Part shown: positions 23,626-32,093 of the stretch, piece after piece
How the letters are laid out: every line of letters starts with the position of its first letter
Numbering within the stretch: position 1 is the stretch's first letter
From: a virus
Virus record (IMG/VR): IMGVR_UViG_3300045972_000070
Span: 1 to 36,821 of that record
Strand: one strand, 5' to 3'
Length of the DNA stretch: 36,821 bases
Made by a program: the position numbers and the translations under genes
The notes under the pieces: generated by a model
Databases searched by the model: none
Told to the model about the DNA's origin: nothing
The model's input: the letters and a program-made list of their open reading frames with translations, nothing else

Positions 23626-24167
23626 AAAACGATTTAGCTGACAAAAATAGACAATGGTTGATTTTCGCAGGAAAACTCAAAGGGTGGGAATTGAAGTTGA
23701 TTGAAATGCGATACAACGGGTTTGGGTATGGGGAGATTGAGGACAAATTGAACGAACTTTTCCCAAGCAAAAAATTGAATTATGCCGTGGGGAATTTGAG
23801 AATGGCACTTTACCACGCAGGACAATTGCGACCCGCTTACGACGCATACGCAGAACTTATGGGGGCGGAAAGTTTATCACAGGCCAAGCACGTATTGGAA
23901 AGCGCAACAGAGATTGCAACCCGCAATATGGTAAATATGATGAGCAAAAAATTTAAGAGCGATATACGATACAAGGCAAGCAAGGACATTTTGGACAGGA
24001 ATTTGGGGCGACCAGTGCAACAGATTGTGGTGGACGACGCAAGGAGCGCCGAGATTGAGGACATACGGGACACATTGAAGCGATTGACTTCATTAAATAA
24101 AAAAGAGAATGTCAGACCAAGAGCAAAAAATATTAAACGAATTACCGCCAATACCGAAAAGCGATAG
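23622..24167 (+). CDS. terS: Putative small terminase subunit (HTH-containing).
   Basis: It lies immediately upstream of terL. It has a sigma-70 region 4/LuxR-like HTH (WELKLIEMRYNGFGYGEIEDKL). Start set at the ATGA overlap. Confidence 0.5.
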   Translation: MKNDLADKNRQWLIFAGKLKGWELKLIEMRYNGFGYGEIEDKLNELFPSKKLNYAVGNLRMALYHAGQLRPAYDAYAELMGAESLSQAKHVLESATEIATRNMVNMMSKKFKSDIRYKASKDILDRNLGRPVQQIVVDDARSAEIEDIRDTLKRLTSLNKKENVRPRAKNIKRITANTEKR

Positions 24168-25512
24168 GGCAACGTGCATTGCTATTTTGAAAATGTTTCA
24201 AATTGAGGGAGTGAGCGCAGACGAAATGATGACAGAGGGGCAGTTGCGCATATTTTGGGTTTTGATTTTTCGGCCAGTCAACCGAGTGCAGATTGAAACT
24301 TGCACGCAGTATGGAAAAAGTCAGACGATTGGAATGGCTTGTGTGTTTATTGCTTGCATACAAGACGAAGTTGTTTCAGTGGTAGCACCAAGCAACGAAA
24401 AGGCAAAGGAGATTATGCGATATTTTATACAGCACTTGGGCGACCATATTGCATTTTTCAGTCAATTGGAGAGCGACACAAAATTGGAGCGATTGAAGCA
24501 AGAGGAAAGCAAAGACCGAATTATTTTAAGAAATGGGGGCGGAGTATATACGTTGAGCGTCAATCAGAGGGCGTTTGGAAAGAGTATTGAGAGCGCAATG
24601 GGCAAGGGTAGCAGAATTGTGGTTATGGACGAGGGCGGGCTAATGGCAGACCACACAGAGGCGACTGTGTACCGAATGATTGCAGGAAAAGGAATAAACG
24701 CATTTTATTGCAAAGTAGGAAATACTTTTTATACAGAAAAACCTTACAGCCATTTTTATAAGACAAGCGACACATACCCGAAAATTTGGATAGATTATAA
24801 ACAGGCACTCAAAGAGGGGCGATACACACAGGAATTTATTGACGAGGCAAGGGGCAAGCCAATGTTTCGGGAACTTTACGAATGCCTTTTCCCACCACGA
24901 GATACGCTGGACGCAGACGGATACAGATACCTTTTTCCAAAGAATATGATTGTGGAGGCGTTTATTGATGAGTTGCCCGAGGAAATGGAGGGGGGCAGAA
25001 TAAGCGCAGTGGACGTGGGACGAGGCGGGGACGAAACGACATTTGTGCATAGACACGATAAATATATGTGGTTGCAAGAAAAAAATCAGAGCAAGGATTT
25101 AATGGGACACGTGACCATAGTGAGAGGAATGATTGAGGACGGCTCAAAATACGTCAACATAGACGATACGGGAGTGGGTGGGGGTTTGACAGACAGGTGC
25201 GTGGAAGTGGGTTTAAAAGTCCAAGGGATAGCGTGGGCAAGTCAGCCACAGGTGGACAAGATAAGATTTTTGAACAGGAAAGCAGAAAACTATTGGTCAC
25301 TTTATGAGTTTTTACGGGACGGCGGAAAACTTTTACGACACGACGGGTGGTTGGAATTGGCAGAGGTCAAATACAAAATCAACAGTAGCGAGAAAATACA
25401 GATTGAGCCAAAGGAGCGAATGAAGTTGAGAGGATTACACAGCCCGAACATTGCAGACGCAGGCGCATTGACTTTCAATACAATGTCAATTCCTGATTTA
25501 TCATTCATATAA
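24109..25512 (+). CDS. terL: Terminase large subunit.
   Basis: The Walker A-like motif is TQYGKSQT and Walker B is RIVVMDEGG. The nuclease-domain acidic motifs are AVDVGRGGDETTF and IDDTGVGGG. An alternative start is ATG 24193. Confidence 0.85.
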   Translation: MSDQEQKILNELPPIPKSDRATCIAILKMFQIEGVSADEMMTEGQLRIFWVLIFRPVNRVQIETCTQYGKSQTIGMACVFIACIQDEVVSVVAPSNEKAKEIMRYFIQHLGDHIAFFSQLESDTKLERLKQEESKDRIILRNGGGVYTLSVNQRAFGKSIESAMGKGSRIVVMDEGGLMADHTEATVYRMIAGKGINAFYCKVGNTFYTEKPYSHFYKTSDTYPKIWIDYKQALKEGRYTQEFIDEARGKPMFRELYECLFPPRDTLDADGYRYLFPKNMIVEAFIDELPEEMEGGRISAVDVGRGGDETTFVHRHDKYMWLQEKNQSKDLMGHVTIVRGMIEDGSKYVNIDDTGVGGGLTDRCVEVGLKVQGIAWASQPQVDKIRFLNRKAENYWSLYEFLRDGGKLLRHDGWLELAEVKYKINSSEKIQIEPKERMKLRGLHSPNIADAGALTFNTMSIPDLSFI

Positions 25513-25518
25513 AAACAA

Positions 25519-25704
25519 ATGAAGCAAAGCGGATACTGCCCACATTGTGGGAGCAAATTGACGGAAGTTGTGAATATGGGATATTTTGATGAGTTTACTT
25601 TCAAATGTTGGAAGTGCCAGCGCATAATAAAAAATTTGGACGTTGTATTTTCGCTTTGTAGTGCGGAAAAGAGCGGTACTATTGACTTTACCGCCGAAGT
25701 ATGA
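25519..25704 (+). CDS. Small zinc-ribbon protein.
   Basis: It has the Cys pairs CPHCGS...CWKCQR. Confidence 0.55.
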   Translation: MKQSGYCPHCGSKLTEVVNMGYFDEFTFKCWKCQRIIKNLDVVFSLCSAEKSGTIDFTAEV

Positions 25705-25754
25705 TACAATGGAAGTAATGAAAAGTATTAAGCGATTTTTATTTTTTGTTGTTT

Positions 25755-25934
25755 CCTCGCATAAACAAGCAATTGTTTTGTGAGGCAAGCATTGTGGGTA
25801 CTATCTTTTCCCGTAATGTTTACCTCGCAGAATTATTTTATAAACAAATCAGTCAATGCTTACGAGCAACGATTGACTAGCCACGGCTAACTGCAACATT
25901 CCTACGGGACTGTTTCGCAAGTGCCGTTTTTTTT
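25755..25934 (+). ncRNA. Candidate structured RNA or leader with four hairpins, ending in an intrinsic terminator.
   Basis: H1 (25755-25785) is a 13-bp stem with a GCAA loop. H2 (25790-25818) is a 9-bp stem with two G-U pairs. H3 (25851-25878) has a UACG loop. H4 (25883-25927) is a long interrupted stem with a UACG loop, followed by T8 (25927-25934). No credible ORF is present. Confidence 0.4.
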
Positions 25935-27992
25935 ATGTTTGAAAAAGTAAAACAATTATTTGGCGGACAAAAAGAAAAGGGATTACTTCCTAGCATTGGG
26001 TCAATAAAGAACATTTTTACGGGTGGTCTTTTTTCACGCAATGAGGATTACTTGGATAAATACAGAGGTTGGGTTTACAGGTGCATTACCTTAATTGGAA
26101 ATGAAGTTTCAAATACTGAATTGAGATTATACAAGAGAGTGGACAAGAATGGGGAAATTGAAAAGGTGGAAGTGACACAGCACGAATTGCTAAACCTTAT
26201 ACGAACACCAAACCCACAAATGACACAAAGCGAATTTTTGGAAGCGTGGGTGGCAAGCCAAAAGTTGGAGGGTAATGCTTTTATTTTCAGAGCAAAGGCA
26301 GGAAAAATTACAAAGGAAATGTGGATTATGCGACCCGACTGGGTAAAGATTGTTCCAAGCAAGACACCCGAGAAACTTATTTCGGGATATGTTTATATGC
26401 GAAATGGAATGGGCAATGACGAAATGCCAGTATTGGAAGAGGAAATGATACATTGCAAAAACCCAAATCCAAAATACTTTAACAATACAAATCCTTTCCG
26501 TGGAGTTGGAGAGGTTATGGCAAGTTTGGATATTATCAACGAGGACGAAGTAATTAAAAATTGGAATAAAAAATTCTTTGAGAATGGCGCACAACTTTCA
26601 GGCGTGTTGGAATTTGACGGAAATGTTGGAGAGGACGAAGTGCGACGAATGCAGGCCAAGTGGGACAGAGCATACCAAGGAAGCGAGAACAGCAACAAGA
26701 CAGCATTTTTGCAAGGAGGTTTGCGATATAAGCCAACGGGAATTTCACAAAGGGAATTGGCTTTTGTTGAACAACGCAAATTGGACAGGGACGAGATTTT
26801 GGGAATGTTTGGTATTCCGAAAGGTTTGATTTTGGCAGAGGACGTGAATTTGGCAAACGCAAATACTGCGGTTTGGAGTTTCACACGTTTTACAGTGAAG
26901 CCAATGTTGAAAAGAATTGAGGACGCATTGAATGCAACGATTGTTAAAGAATATGGCGACAATTTATTTTTTGAATTTGACAACCCAGTGCCAGACGATA
27001 GAACAGCGATTGTGGACGAGTACGTGAAAGCGTGCGGGGTTTGGCTTACACCAAATGAAATTCGTGAAATGGAGGGTTGGGAGGAAATTGAGGGTGGCGA
27101 CAAGTTAGGGCGGGGAATTACAGTTGCCCCTGCCGTAGCAGAGCCAGTTATTGAAGAGGAAAAACCCGAGCCGACAAAAGAGGGCGAAGCGGACGACGAA
27201 ACGAAAATGTTAAAAAAAAAAGAGTTGAATGACGAGCGTGAAACTAAGGGAATAAAGGCGTGGGACGAAATGATAAAGGCGCAAAAGCCATTTGAGGAAA
27301 AATACAAGGGAGCGATTGAGCGATATTTTAATGGAGTGCGATTGCGAGTTCTTCAAGAATACGGAGCAAAAAAAGAGTTCGCAAACACAAAGGCATTGGA
27401 CGACGACGCAGAAATGAAAGTGCTATTGGACATTTTAAGCCCAATGCAACGAGAGTTATTTGAACAACAAGCACGAAGCGCAATGAAAGGACTGGGAGTG
27501 GCGAATGATTTTACTTTTACGGACGCACTCAAAGCAACATTGAAAAAATGGGATATACATTTGTCAGGCGGGATTACAAAGACCACCAAAAATGATTTAC
27601 AGAGAATTTTGGGGGACGCAAACGCACAGGGGTTGGGAACGGACGAAGTGACAAATAAATTGAATGAGTATTTTGATTACGCAGAGGAAATGAGAGCGGG
27701 AATGATTGCAACGACTGAAACAATCCGCATTGCAAATATGGCAAGCGTTGAGGGTTGGGCGCAAAGTGGAGTTGTTGAGGCAAAAGAATGGTTTACTGCA
27801 CCCGACGATAGGACTTGTGAATTTTGTTATGAAATGGACGGGAAAGTAATTGGACTATCGGACGCATATTTCAATCAGGGCGACACGATTACAACACAGA
27901 GTGGAAAAGAAATGGTGCTGGATTATTCTTCAACAGACGAGCCACCATTACACGTGAATTGCCGTTGCACATTATTACCAGTCATTAAATAA
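25935..27992 (+). CDS. Portal protein (HK97-type) fused in frame to an SPP1 gp7 / Mu F-like head morphogenesis domain.
   Basis: The N-terminal roughly 429 aa are portal-like (GNEVSNTELRLYK..., QKLEGNAFIF). The C-terminal roughly 255 aa are MuF-like (TETIRIANMA...DDRTCEFCYEMDG...PPLHVNCRCTLLPV). Confidence 0.85.
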   Translation: MFEKVKQLFGGQKEKGLLPSIGSIKNIFTGGLFSRNEDYLDKYRGWVYRCITLIGNEVSNTELRLYKRVDKNGEIEKVEVTQHELLNLIRTPNPQMTQSEFLEAWVASQKLEGNAFIFRAKAGKITKEMWIMRPDWVKIVPSKTPEKLISGYVYMRNGMGNDEMPVLEEEMIHCKNPNPKYFNNTNPFRGVGEVMASLDIINEDEVIKNWNKKFFENGAQLSGVLEFDGNVGEDEVRRMQAKWDRAYQGSENSNKTAFLQGGLRYKPTGISQRELAFVEQRKLDRDEILGMFGIPKGLILAEDVNLANANTAVWSFTRFTVKPMLKRIEDALNATIVKEYGDNLFFEFDNPVPDDRTAIVDEYVKACGVWLTPNEIREMEGWEEIEGGDKLGRGITVAPAVAEPVIEEEKPEPTKEGEADDETKMLKKKELNDERETKGIKAWDEMIKAQKPFEEKYKGAIERYFNGVRLRVLQEYGAKKEFANTKALDDDAEMKVLLDILSPMQRELFEQQARSAMKGLGVANDFTFTDALKATLKKWDIHLSGGITKTTKNDLQRILGDANAQGLGTDEVTNKLNEYFDYAEEMRAGMIATTETIRIANMASVEGWAQSGVVEAKEWFTAPDDRTCEFCYEMDGKVIGLSDAYFNQGDTITTQSGKEMVLDYSSTDEPPLHVNCRCTLLPVIK
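27212..27221 (+). other. A10 homopolymer at the portal/MuF junction, a candidate slippage or recoding site.
   Basis: The junction reads ATG TTA AAA AAA AAA GAG TTG AAT GAC. The -1 frame reads AGA GTT GAA TGA and the +1 frame reads AAG AGT TGA. Confidence 0.9.
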
Positions 27993-28004
27993 CTAATTAA
28001 ACTT

Positions 28005-28865
28005 ATGAAGAAAATTGAGCAAAAGATATTAGGGGACGTTCAAAAAGCATTGGAGAGCCACAAGGAAATTGTGGTTAAAGCCGTTGAGGACAATGGAACT
28101 TTTAAAGTTGTTGCTTCAACACAATGCAAAGACCGACACGGCGAAGTTGTTTTGCAGGCGGGCATAAACACAGACAACTATATGCTAAACCCGATTATTT
28201 TAATGAGCCACGACTATTGGGCATTGCCAATTGGGAAAGCAACAAGCGTGACCAAAGAAAATAATCAAATGATTATTGAGGGAGTTTTTGCAAGCGCAGA
28301 GGCAAATCCAGTAGCACAGAACGTACGCAAATTGTATGAGGCGGGAATTTTAAAGACAGTTTCAATTGGATTTATTGCAAAGCAATGGCAAGACAACATA
28401 ATTACCGAGAGTGAATTGCTTGAACTTTCATTTGTGACTGTTCCTGCAAACCCCGAAGCATTAGCATTGGCCAAGAGCAAGGGGGTGGAAAAGGAATTTG
28501 TTGAATATACAGAAAAGGCAAAAGAAAAAAAACTGCCAACAAATCAAGACGTGTGCGATAAAATGGACGCAAACCACGGCGAGATTATGGGCAAAATGGA
28601 GGAAATGTGCAAAAAGTCAATGGACGAACAGACAGGCGAGAAAATTGTGAAAGAACTCGTTGGAATAGTAAAGGAAATGCACATTGGACTTACAAAGGCA
28701 TTATCAGATTTAGATAGTGAAGTGAAAAATCTTTCTTCCCAAGTGGTCGTTCTTGCGGAAAAAAGCGTTGTGGGGACAACGAAAGAACTTGATGAACTTA
28801 CTGCCGACAGCGCAAGGATAAGCGCAAAAATCAGAGAGGTTATCAAAAAAGGGTCGTTAAAATAA
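28005..28865 (+). CDS. HK97-family prohead protease (S78/U35) with a C-terminal coiled-coil, scaffold-like extension.
   Basis: FKVVASTQCKDRHGEVV...NPIILMSHD...SIGFIAKQW...LSFVTVPANPEA, followed by a K/E-rich helical tail. An A8 tract at 28525-28532 sits at the junction. Confidence 0.85.
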   Translation: MKKIEQKILGDVQKALESHKEIVVKAVEDNGTFKVVASTQCKDRHGEVVLQAGINTDNYMLNPIILMSHDYWALPIGKATSVTKENNQMIIEGVFASAEANPVAQNVRKLYEAGILKTVSIGFIAKQWQDNIITESELLELSFVTVPANPEALALAKSKGVEKEFVEYTEKAKEKKLPTNQDVCDKMDANHGEIMGKMEEMCKKSMDEQTGEKIVKELVGIVKEMHIGLTKALSDLDSEVKNLSSQVVVLAEKSVVGTTKELDELTADSARISAKIREVIKKGSLK

Positions 28866-28885
28866 ATTAAGCATAAATAAATTAT

Positions 28886-30052
28886 ATGGAAGTAAAGGAA
28901 CAAATTGAGGAAATGGGTAAATCCATTACCGAAGCAATCTTGGGAGCAATTCCAGAAATGATTGCAAAAGAAGTTGACGCCAAAGTGGAAGCCAAGGGCA
29001 TTGCTCGTCTTGAAAAAAAGATTTTTGGTGGAGCAGAGGAAGCAAGTAAATTGGAGGGTGGAGAAAAGATTGCAAAGTTTTTTCAAGCCGTTCGTCAGAA
29101 TGATAGCGAAACTGTAAACGCTTTGACTGCAAAAGAAAAAGCAATGTCAGGTGGAACAGACGCTAATGGTGGATTTCTTGTGCCTGATGAATTTCGTTCA
29201 GAGGTGGTTAGACTTGCAGAGGCTTATGGAATTATCCGTAAACTTGCAAGGACTATTCCTATGCAACGAGATACGCTGAAACTGCCAAAAATTACTGCCT
29301 CTGTTGCCGTTTATTGGCCTGGGGAAGGAGTTGCTGGAACAGTTGCACAGCCAACTCTTGGACAAGTCACGTTGCTTGCTAAAACCCTTGTTGGTTTGAC
29401 ACCAGTGACCAATGAATTGTTAGAGGACGCAGACGCAGATACAATTTCACTTTTGGTTGAATTGTTTTCAGAAGCGATTGCAGGTGAAGAGGATAATCAA
29501 GGACTTGCTGGAACTGGCTCACCATTTACGGGTGTTCTTGCTGACGCAGGCGTGACTGTTGTGACACAGGCAACTGGCGACACAACTTTTGCAAAGGTGA
29601 CTGCTGATTATTTGCGAGATATGATTTCAAGTGTTAAACCGCTTGTACTTCAAGGAGCAGTTTTCGTAATGCACCGCTCTGTATGGGCAACAGTTCAAAA
29701 ACTGAAAGGCTCTGACGGACAGTACATTGCAACAACCGCAAATCCAATCACAACCAAGGACGCAACACAAGGTGTTGGAATTGTTGGATACGCTTGGGGA
29801 TACCCAGTTTATCTTTCAGAAAAAATGCCTTTCTCAACTGCTATCTCAACCAAGTATGTAATTTTTGGAAACTTTAATTACCTATACCTTGGGGATAGAC
29901 GACAAATGACAGTTGCAGTTTCAGACCAAGCGACAATCGGTTCAACAAACTTGTTTGAAAGTAATATGTCTGCATTGAGAATTACTGAGCGTATCGGTAT
30001 GACCATTGCTATTCCAACAGCGTTTGTTTGTTTGAAAACTTCAGCAAGTTAA
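28886..30052 (+). CDS. Major capsid protein with an HK97 fold.
   Basis: It has a helical delta-like N-terminus, then SGGTDANGGFLVPDEFRSEVVRLAE...LKLPK...TNELLEDA...GYPVYLSEKMP. Confidence 0.9.
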   Translation: MEVKEQIEEMGKSITEAILGAIPEMIAKEVDAKVEAKGIARLEKKIFGGAEEASKLEGGEKIAKFFQAVRQNDSETVNALTAKEKAMSGGTDANGGFLVPDEFRSEVVRLAEAYGIIRKLARTIPMQRDTLKLPKITASVAVYWPGEGVAGTVAQPTLGQVTLLAKTLVGLTPVTNELLEDADADTISLLVELFSEAIAGEEDNQGLAGTGSPFTGVLADAGVTVVTQATGDTTFAKVTADYLRDMISSVKPLVLQGAVFVMHRSVWATVQKLKGSDGQYIATTANPITTKDATQGVGIVGYAWGYPVYLSEKMPFSTAISTKYVIFGNFNYLYLGDRRQMTVAVSDQATIGSTNLFESNMSALRITERIGMTIAIPTAFVCLKTSAS

Positions 30053-30071
30053 ACCTTGCGAGTTTCAATAT

Positions 30072-30127
30072 GTGGCTACTTGGTTTATATTCTTCGGGAT
30101 ATATCCAGTAGCCACCCCTAAAGGGGG
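30072..30127 (+). terminator. Tandem strong hairpins after the capsid gene, acting as a terminator or mRNA stabilizer.
   Basis: GTGGCTACT..TATAT-TC(TTCG)GG-ATATA..AGTAGCCAC carries a UUCG tetraloop. It is followed by CCCC-taaa-GGGG. Confidence 0.6.
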
Positions 30128-30151
30128 TTAATTCAAATAAAGAATAATAAA

Positions 30152-30304
30152 ATGGCAAAATATATTGTGGTTGAAAGCCCAGTATCAATAAGTGGAGTTG
30201 TTTTTGAAAAGGACAGCGAAGTGGAAGTTGAAACTGAAATTGCGGAGGCCTTTGGAGTTGAATATCTAAAGCCAAAAAAGGAAAAAAAGGAAGCAAAGAA
30301 ATAG
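30152..30304 (+). CDS. Small (50 aa) protein following the capsid gene. It is below the track cutoff.
   Basis: Translation is MAKYIVVESPVSISGVVFEKDSEVEVETEIAEAFGVEYLKPKKEKKEAKK. It is flanked by hairpins. Confidence 0.45.
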   Translation: MAKYIVVESPVSISGVVFEKDSEVEVETEIAEAFGVEYLKPKKEKKEAKK

Positions 30305-30314
30305 TATGTTTTGA

Positions 30315-30354
30315 ACTGTTCGCTAGGGTTTTCTTTGTTTCCCTGCCGAACAGT
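30315..30354 (+). terminator. Hairpin, possibly a partial terminator.
   Basis: ACTGTTCG-ct-AGGG-ttttctttgttt-CCCT-g-CGAACAGT. Confidence 0.4.
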
Positions 30355-30371
30355 ATTAAACAAATTATTTT

Positions 30372-30917
30372 ATGGAACTTACAACATTATCCAACGTGAA
30401 AAGTTTTTTAGGCAAAGACGACAGTACGGACGACGTATTTTTGAGTTCGTTGATTTTGAGTATGACTGCGTACATTGAAAGCGCCACCAACAGAACATTT
30501 GACGGGACAAAGGAGATTGTAGAAATACACGACGGCCAAGGATACAGCAATTTGGTTTTGAGGCAGTACCCTGTGATTGAAGTGACAAGCGTGGAATACA
30601 ATAATGGAATGCAGGCCAACCCGAATTGGGTTGTGATTGACCCGATAAATTATGTTGTTGACCCTCGCCTCGGAACTATTTTGGGAATGTTCCCGTCGTT
30701 TCATCAAAACATACGAGTGACTTACAAGGCAGGATTTACACAAGCGCCATTTGATTTATCACTTTTGGCAACGCAATTGGTGGCAAAGGAGTTTGAAATG
30801 AGGCACGCACAAGGAAAGGCAAGCGAGAAAATGGGAGAGGCACAAATCAATTGGACACAGGGACTTACGCCAATGCAACAGGACGTGTTGGACAATTATT
30901 TAACAATAGCGGTTTAA
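30372..30917 (+). CDS. Head-tail connector (gp6-like).
   Basis: MELTTLSNVKSFLGKDDSTDDVFLSSLILSMTAYIESATNRTF is the typical N-terminus of this family. Confidence 0.7.
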   Translation: MELTTLSNVKSFLGKDDSTDDVFLSSLILSMTAYIESATNRTFDGTKEIVEIHDGQGYSNLVLRQYPVIEVTSVEYNNGMQANPNWVVIDPINYVVDPRLGTILGMFPSFHQNIRVTYKAGFTQAPFDLSLLATQLVAKEFEMRHAQGKASEKMGEAQINWTQGLTPMQQDVLDNYLTIAV

Positions 30918-30921
30918 GAAT

Positions 30922-31224
30922 ATGCAAAGTTTTTTTACGACACCATACAGCACGCAAAGATTACAGCAAACCGCAGGGAAGTCTGCGTACGTTGCTTATA
31001 TTTCGGGTAAAGGGTTTTTATCACAACGGGACGAAAAATTTGGGCAGATAAATACATTGCAATATGGAGAGGGTTTTCAATTATTTGTGGGAGCAGACAA
31101 AGACATTGTGGCAACGGATAAGATTATTATTGACGGAGAGCATTACGAAGCGAGCGGAATTAAAATGAGAAAAATGGGAAGTATTTTATTTAAGGCAATT
31201 GCGCTGAATAAGAAAAAGATATGA
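30922..31224 (+). CDS. Head closure / head-tail adaptor protein.
   Basis: Size (100 aa), position and beta-rich pattern fit this role. Confidence 0.55.
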   Translation: MQSFFTTPYSTQRLQQTAGKSAYVAYISGKGFLSQRDEKFGQINTLQYGEGFQLFVGADKDIVATDKIIIDGEHYEASGIKMRKMGSILFKAIALNKKKI

Positions 31225-31664
31225 TTACATTGGAAATAGTAGGACTGAAAAAATTGCAAAACGCAGTTAAAAAATATCCCGCTATTGCCACGACGAACAT
31301 TAACATTGCCATACGGAAAACATTGACGAGCATTGAAAGGGACGCAAGACAGAACGCACCCAAAGACCAAGGAGCGCTGAAAGCGAATTGGGGAAACGAA
31401 TTTGGGACATTGAAAGGGTCGTTATTTAGCAAGCAGGATTATGCAGTATTTGTTCACGAGGGGACAAGACCGCATATGCCACCAATGGGAGCAATTACCC
31501 CGTGGGCAAACAGACACGGCATACCGCCATTTTTGGTGGCAAGGAGCATTGCACGGCACGGGACAAAGGCAAATCCATTCTTATTTAAGGCATTGGAAAG
31601 CAATTTGAAATACGCCGAGGGGCAATTTAACGAAGCATTAAGTAAAACACTCAAACAAATATGA
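31221..31664 (+). CDS. HK97 gp10-family tail-component protein.
   Basis: KKLQNAVKKYPAI...IERDARQNAPKDQGALKANW...FVHEGTRPH. Confidence 0.7.
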   Translation: MITLEIVGLKKLQNAVKKYPAIATTNINIAIRKTLTSIERDARQNAPKDQGALKANWGNEFGTLKGSLFSKQDYAVFVHEGTRPHMPPMGAITPWANRHGIPPFLVARSIARHGTKANPFLFKALESNLKYAEGQFNEALSKTLKQI

Positions 31665-32083
31665 GCCAAACAGCAATACGGGCAAAAATTAAAGAAAAAT
31701 TGTTGGCACATTGTGGCGAGAGTTTGCCAGTTGCGGAAGTTCACGCAGAACACCGCACGGATTTTGGAGGCTATCCCGCAGTGACATTTGAGCCAAGCGC
31801 AGAGGAAAGCGACTACGAAACAACAACACAGAATTTGAGAAAATACATTTACAGGATTGTTTTGTGGCAAGAGGCCGAGAGTATGAGTGGGGAGGGCGCA
31901 TTGGACATTTTGGTGGCACTTTCAGAAACGATTATTGCAGATTTTGACGACGATTTTACATTGGGTGGGGTGTGCGATTATTGCAATGCAGTTCCCGCAA
32001 TATGGGGACAATGGGACAGCCCAACGGGCATTGTGAGATACACCGAGATTAAGTTGGAGTGCAATAAAAGTGAAACTATTTAA
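31661..32083 (+). CDS. Tail completion/terminator-like protein.
   Basis: Called from its position between the gp10-like and major tail genes. It is 140 aa. Confidence 0.55.
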   Translation: MSQTAIRAKIKEKLLAHCGESLPVAEVHAEHRTDFGGYPAVTFEPSAEESDYETTTQNLRKYIYRIVLWQEAESMSGEGALDILVALSETIIADFDDDFTLGGVCDYCNAVPAIWGQWDSPTGIVRYTEIKLECNKSETI

Positions 32084-32093
32084 TAAAAAAAAT

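Noticed and set aside
24300-24590. Alternative-frame + strand ORFs nested in large genes. Examples are 24300-24590, 22846-23043, 26578-26829, 18533-18748, 9219-9425, 4550-4732, 2250-2441 and 30851-31051.
   Set aside because: Each lies inside a longer ORF with recognisable domains. Their translations are Arg/Trp/Cys-rich, which is typical of off-frame reading.
25708-25779. A 23-aa ORF (MEVMKSIKRFLFFVVSSHKQAIVL) in the terL-portal gap.
   Set aside because: It is very short with no ribosome-binding context, and it overlaps hairpin H1. The region is better explained as RNA structure.
26393-27307. A 304-aa minus-strand ORF. Other long antisense ORFs are similar: 22305-22886, 28544-29086, 7593-8099, 34997-35443, 24640-25077 and 4638-5033.
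   Set aside because: All lie fully inside strongly supported + strand genes (portal, radical SAM, protease/capsid, and others). Their translations are low-complexity and rich in Ser, Phe, Cys and Leu. They are shadow ORFs.
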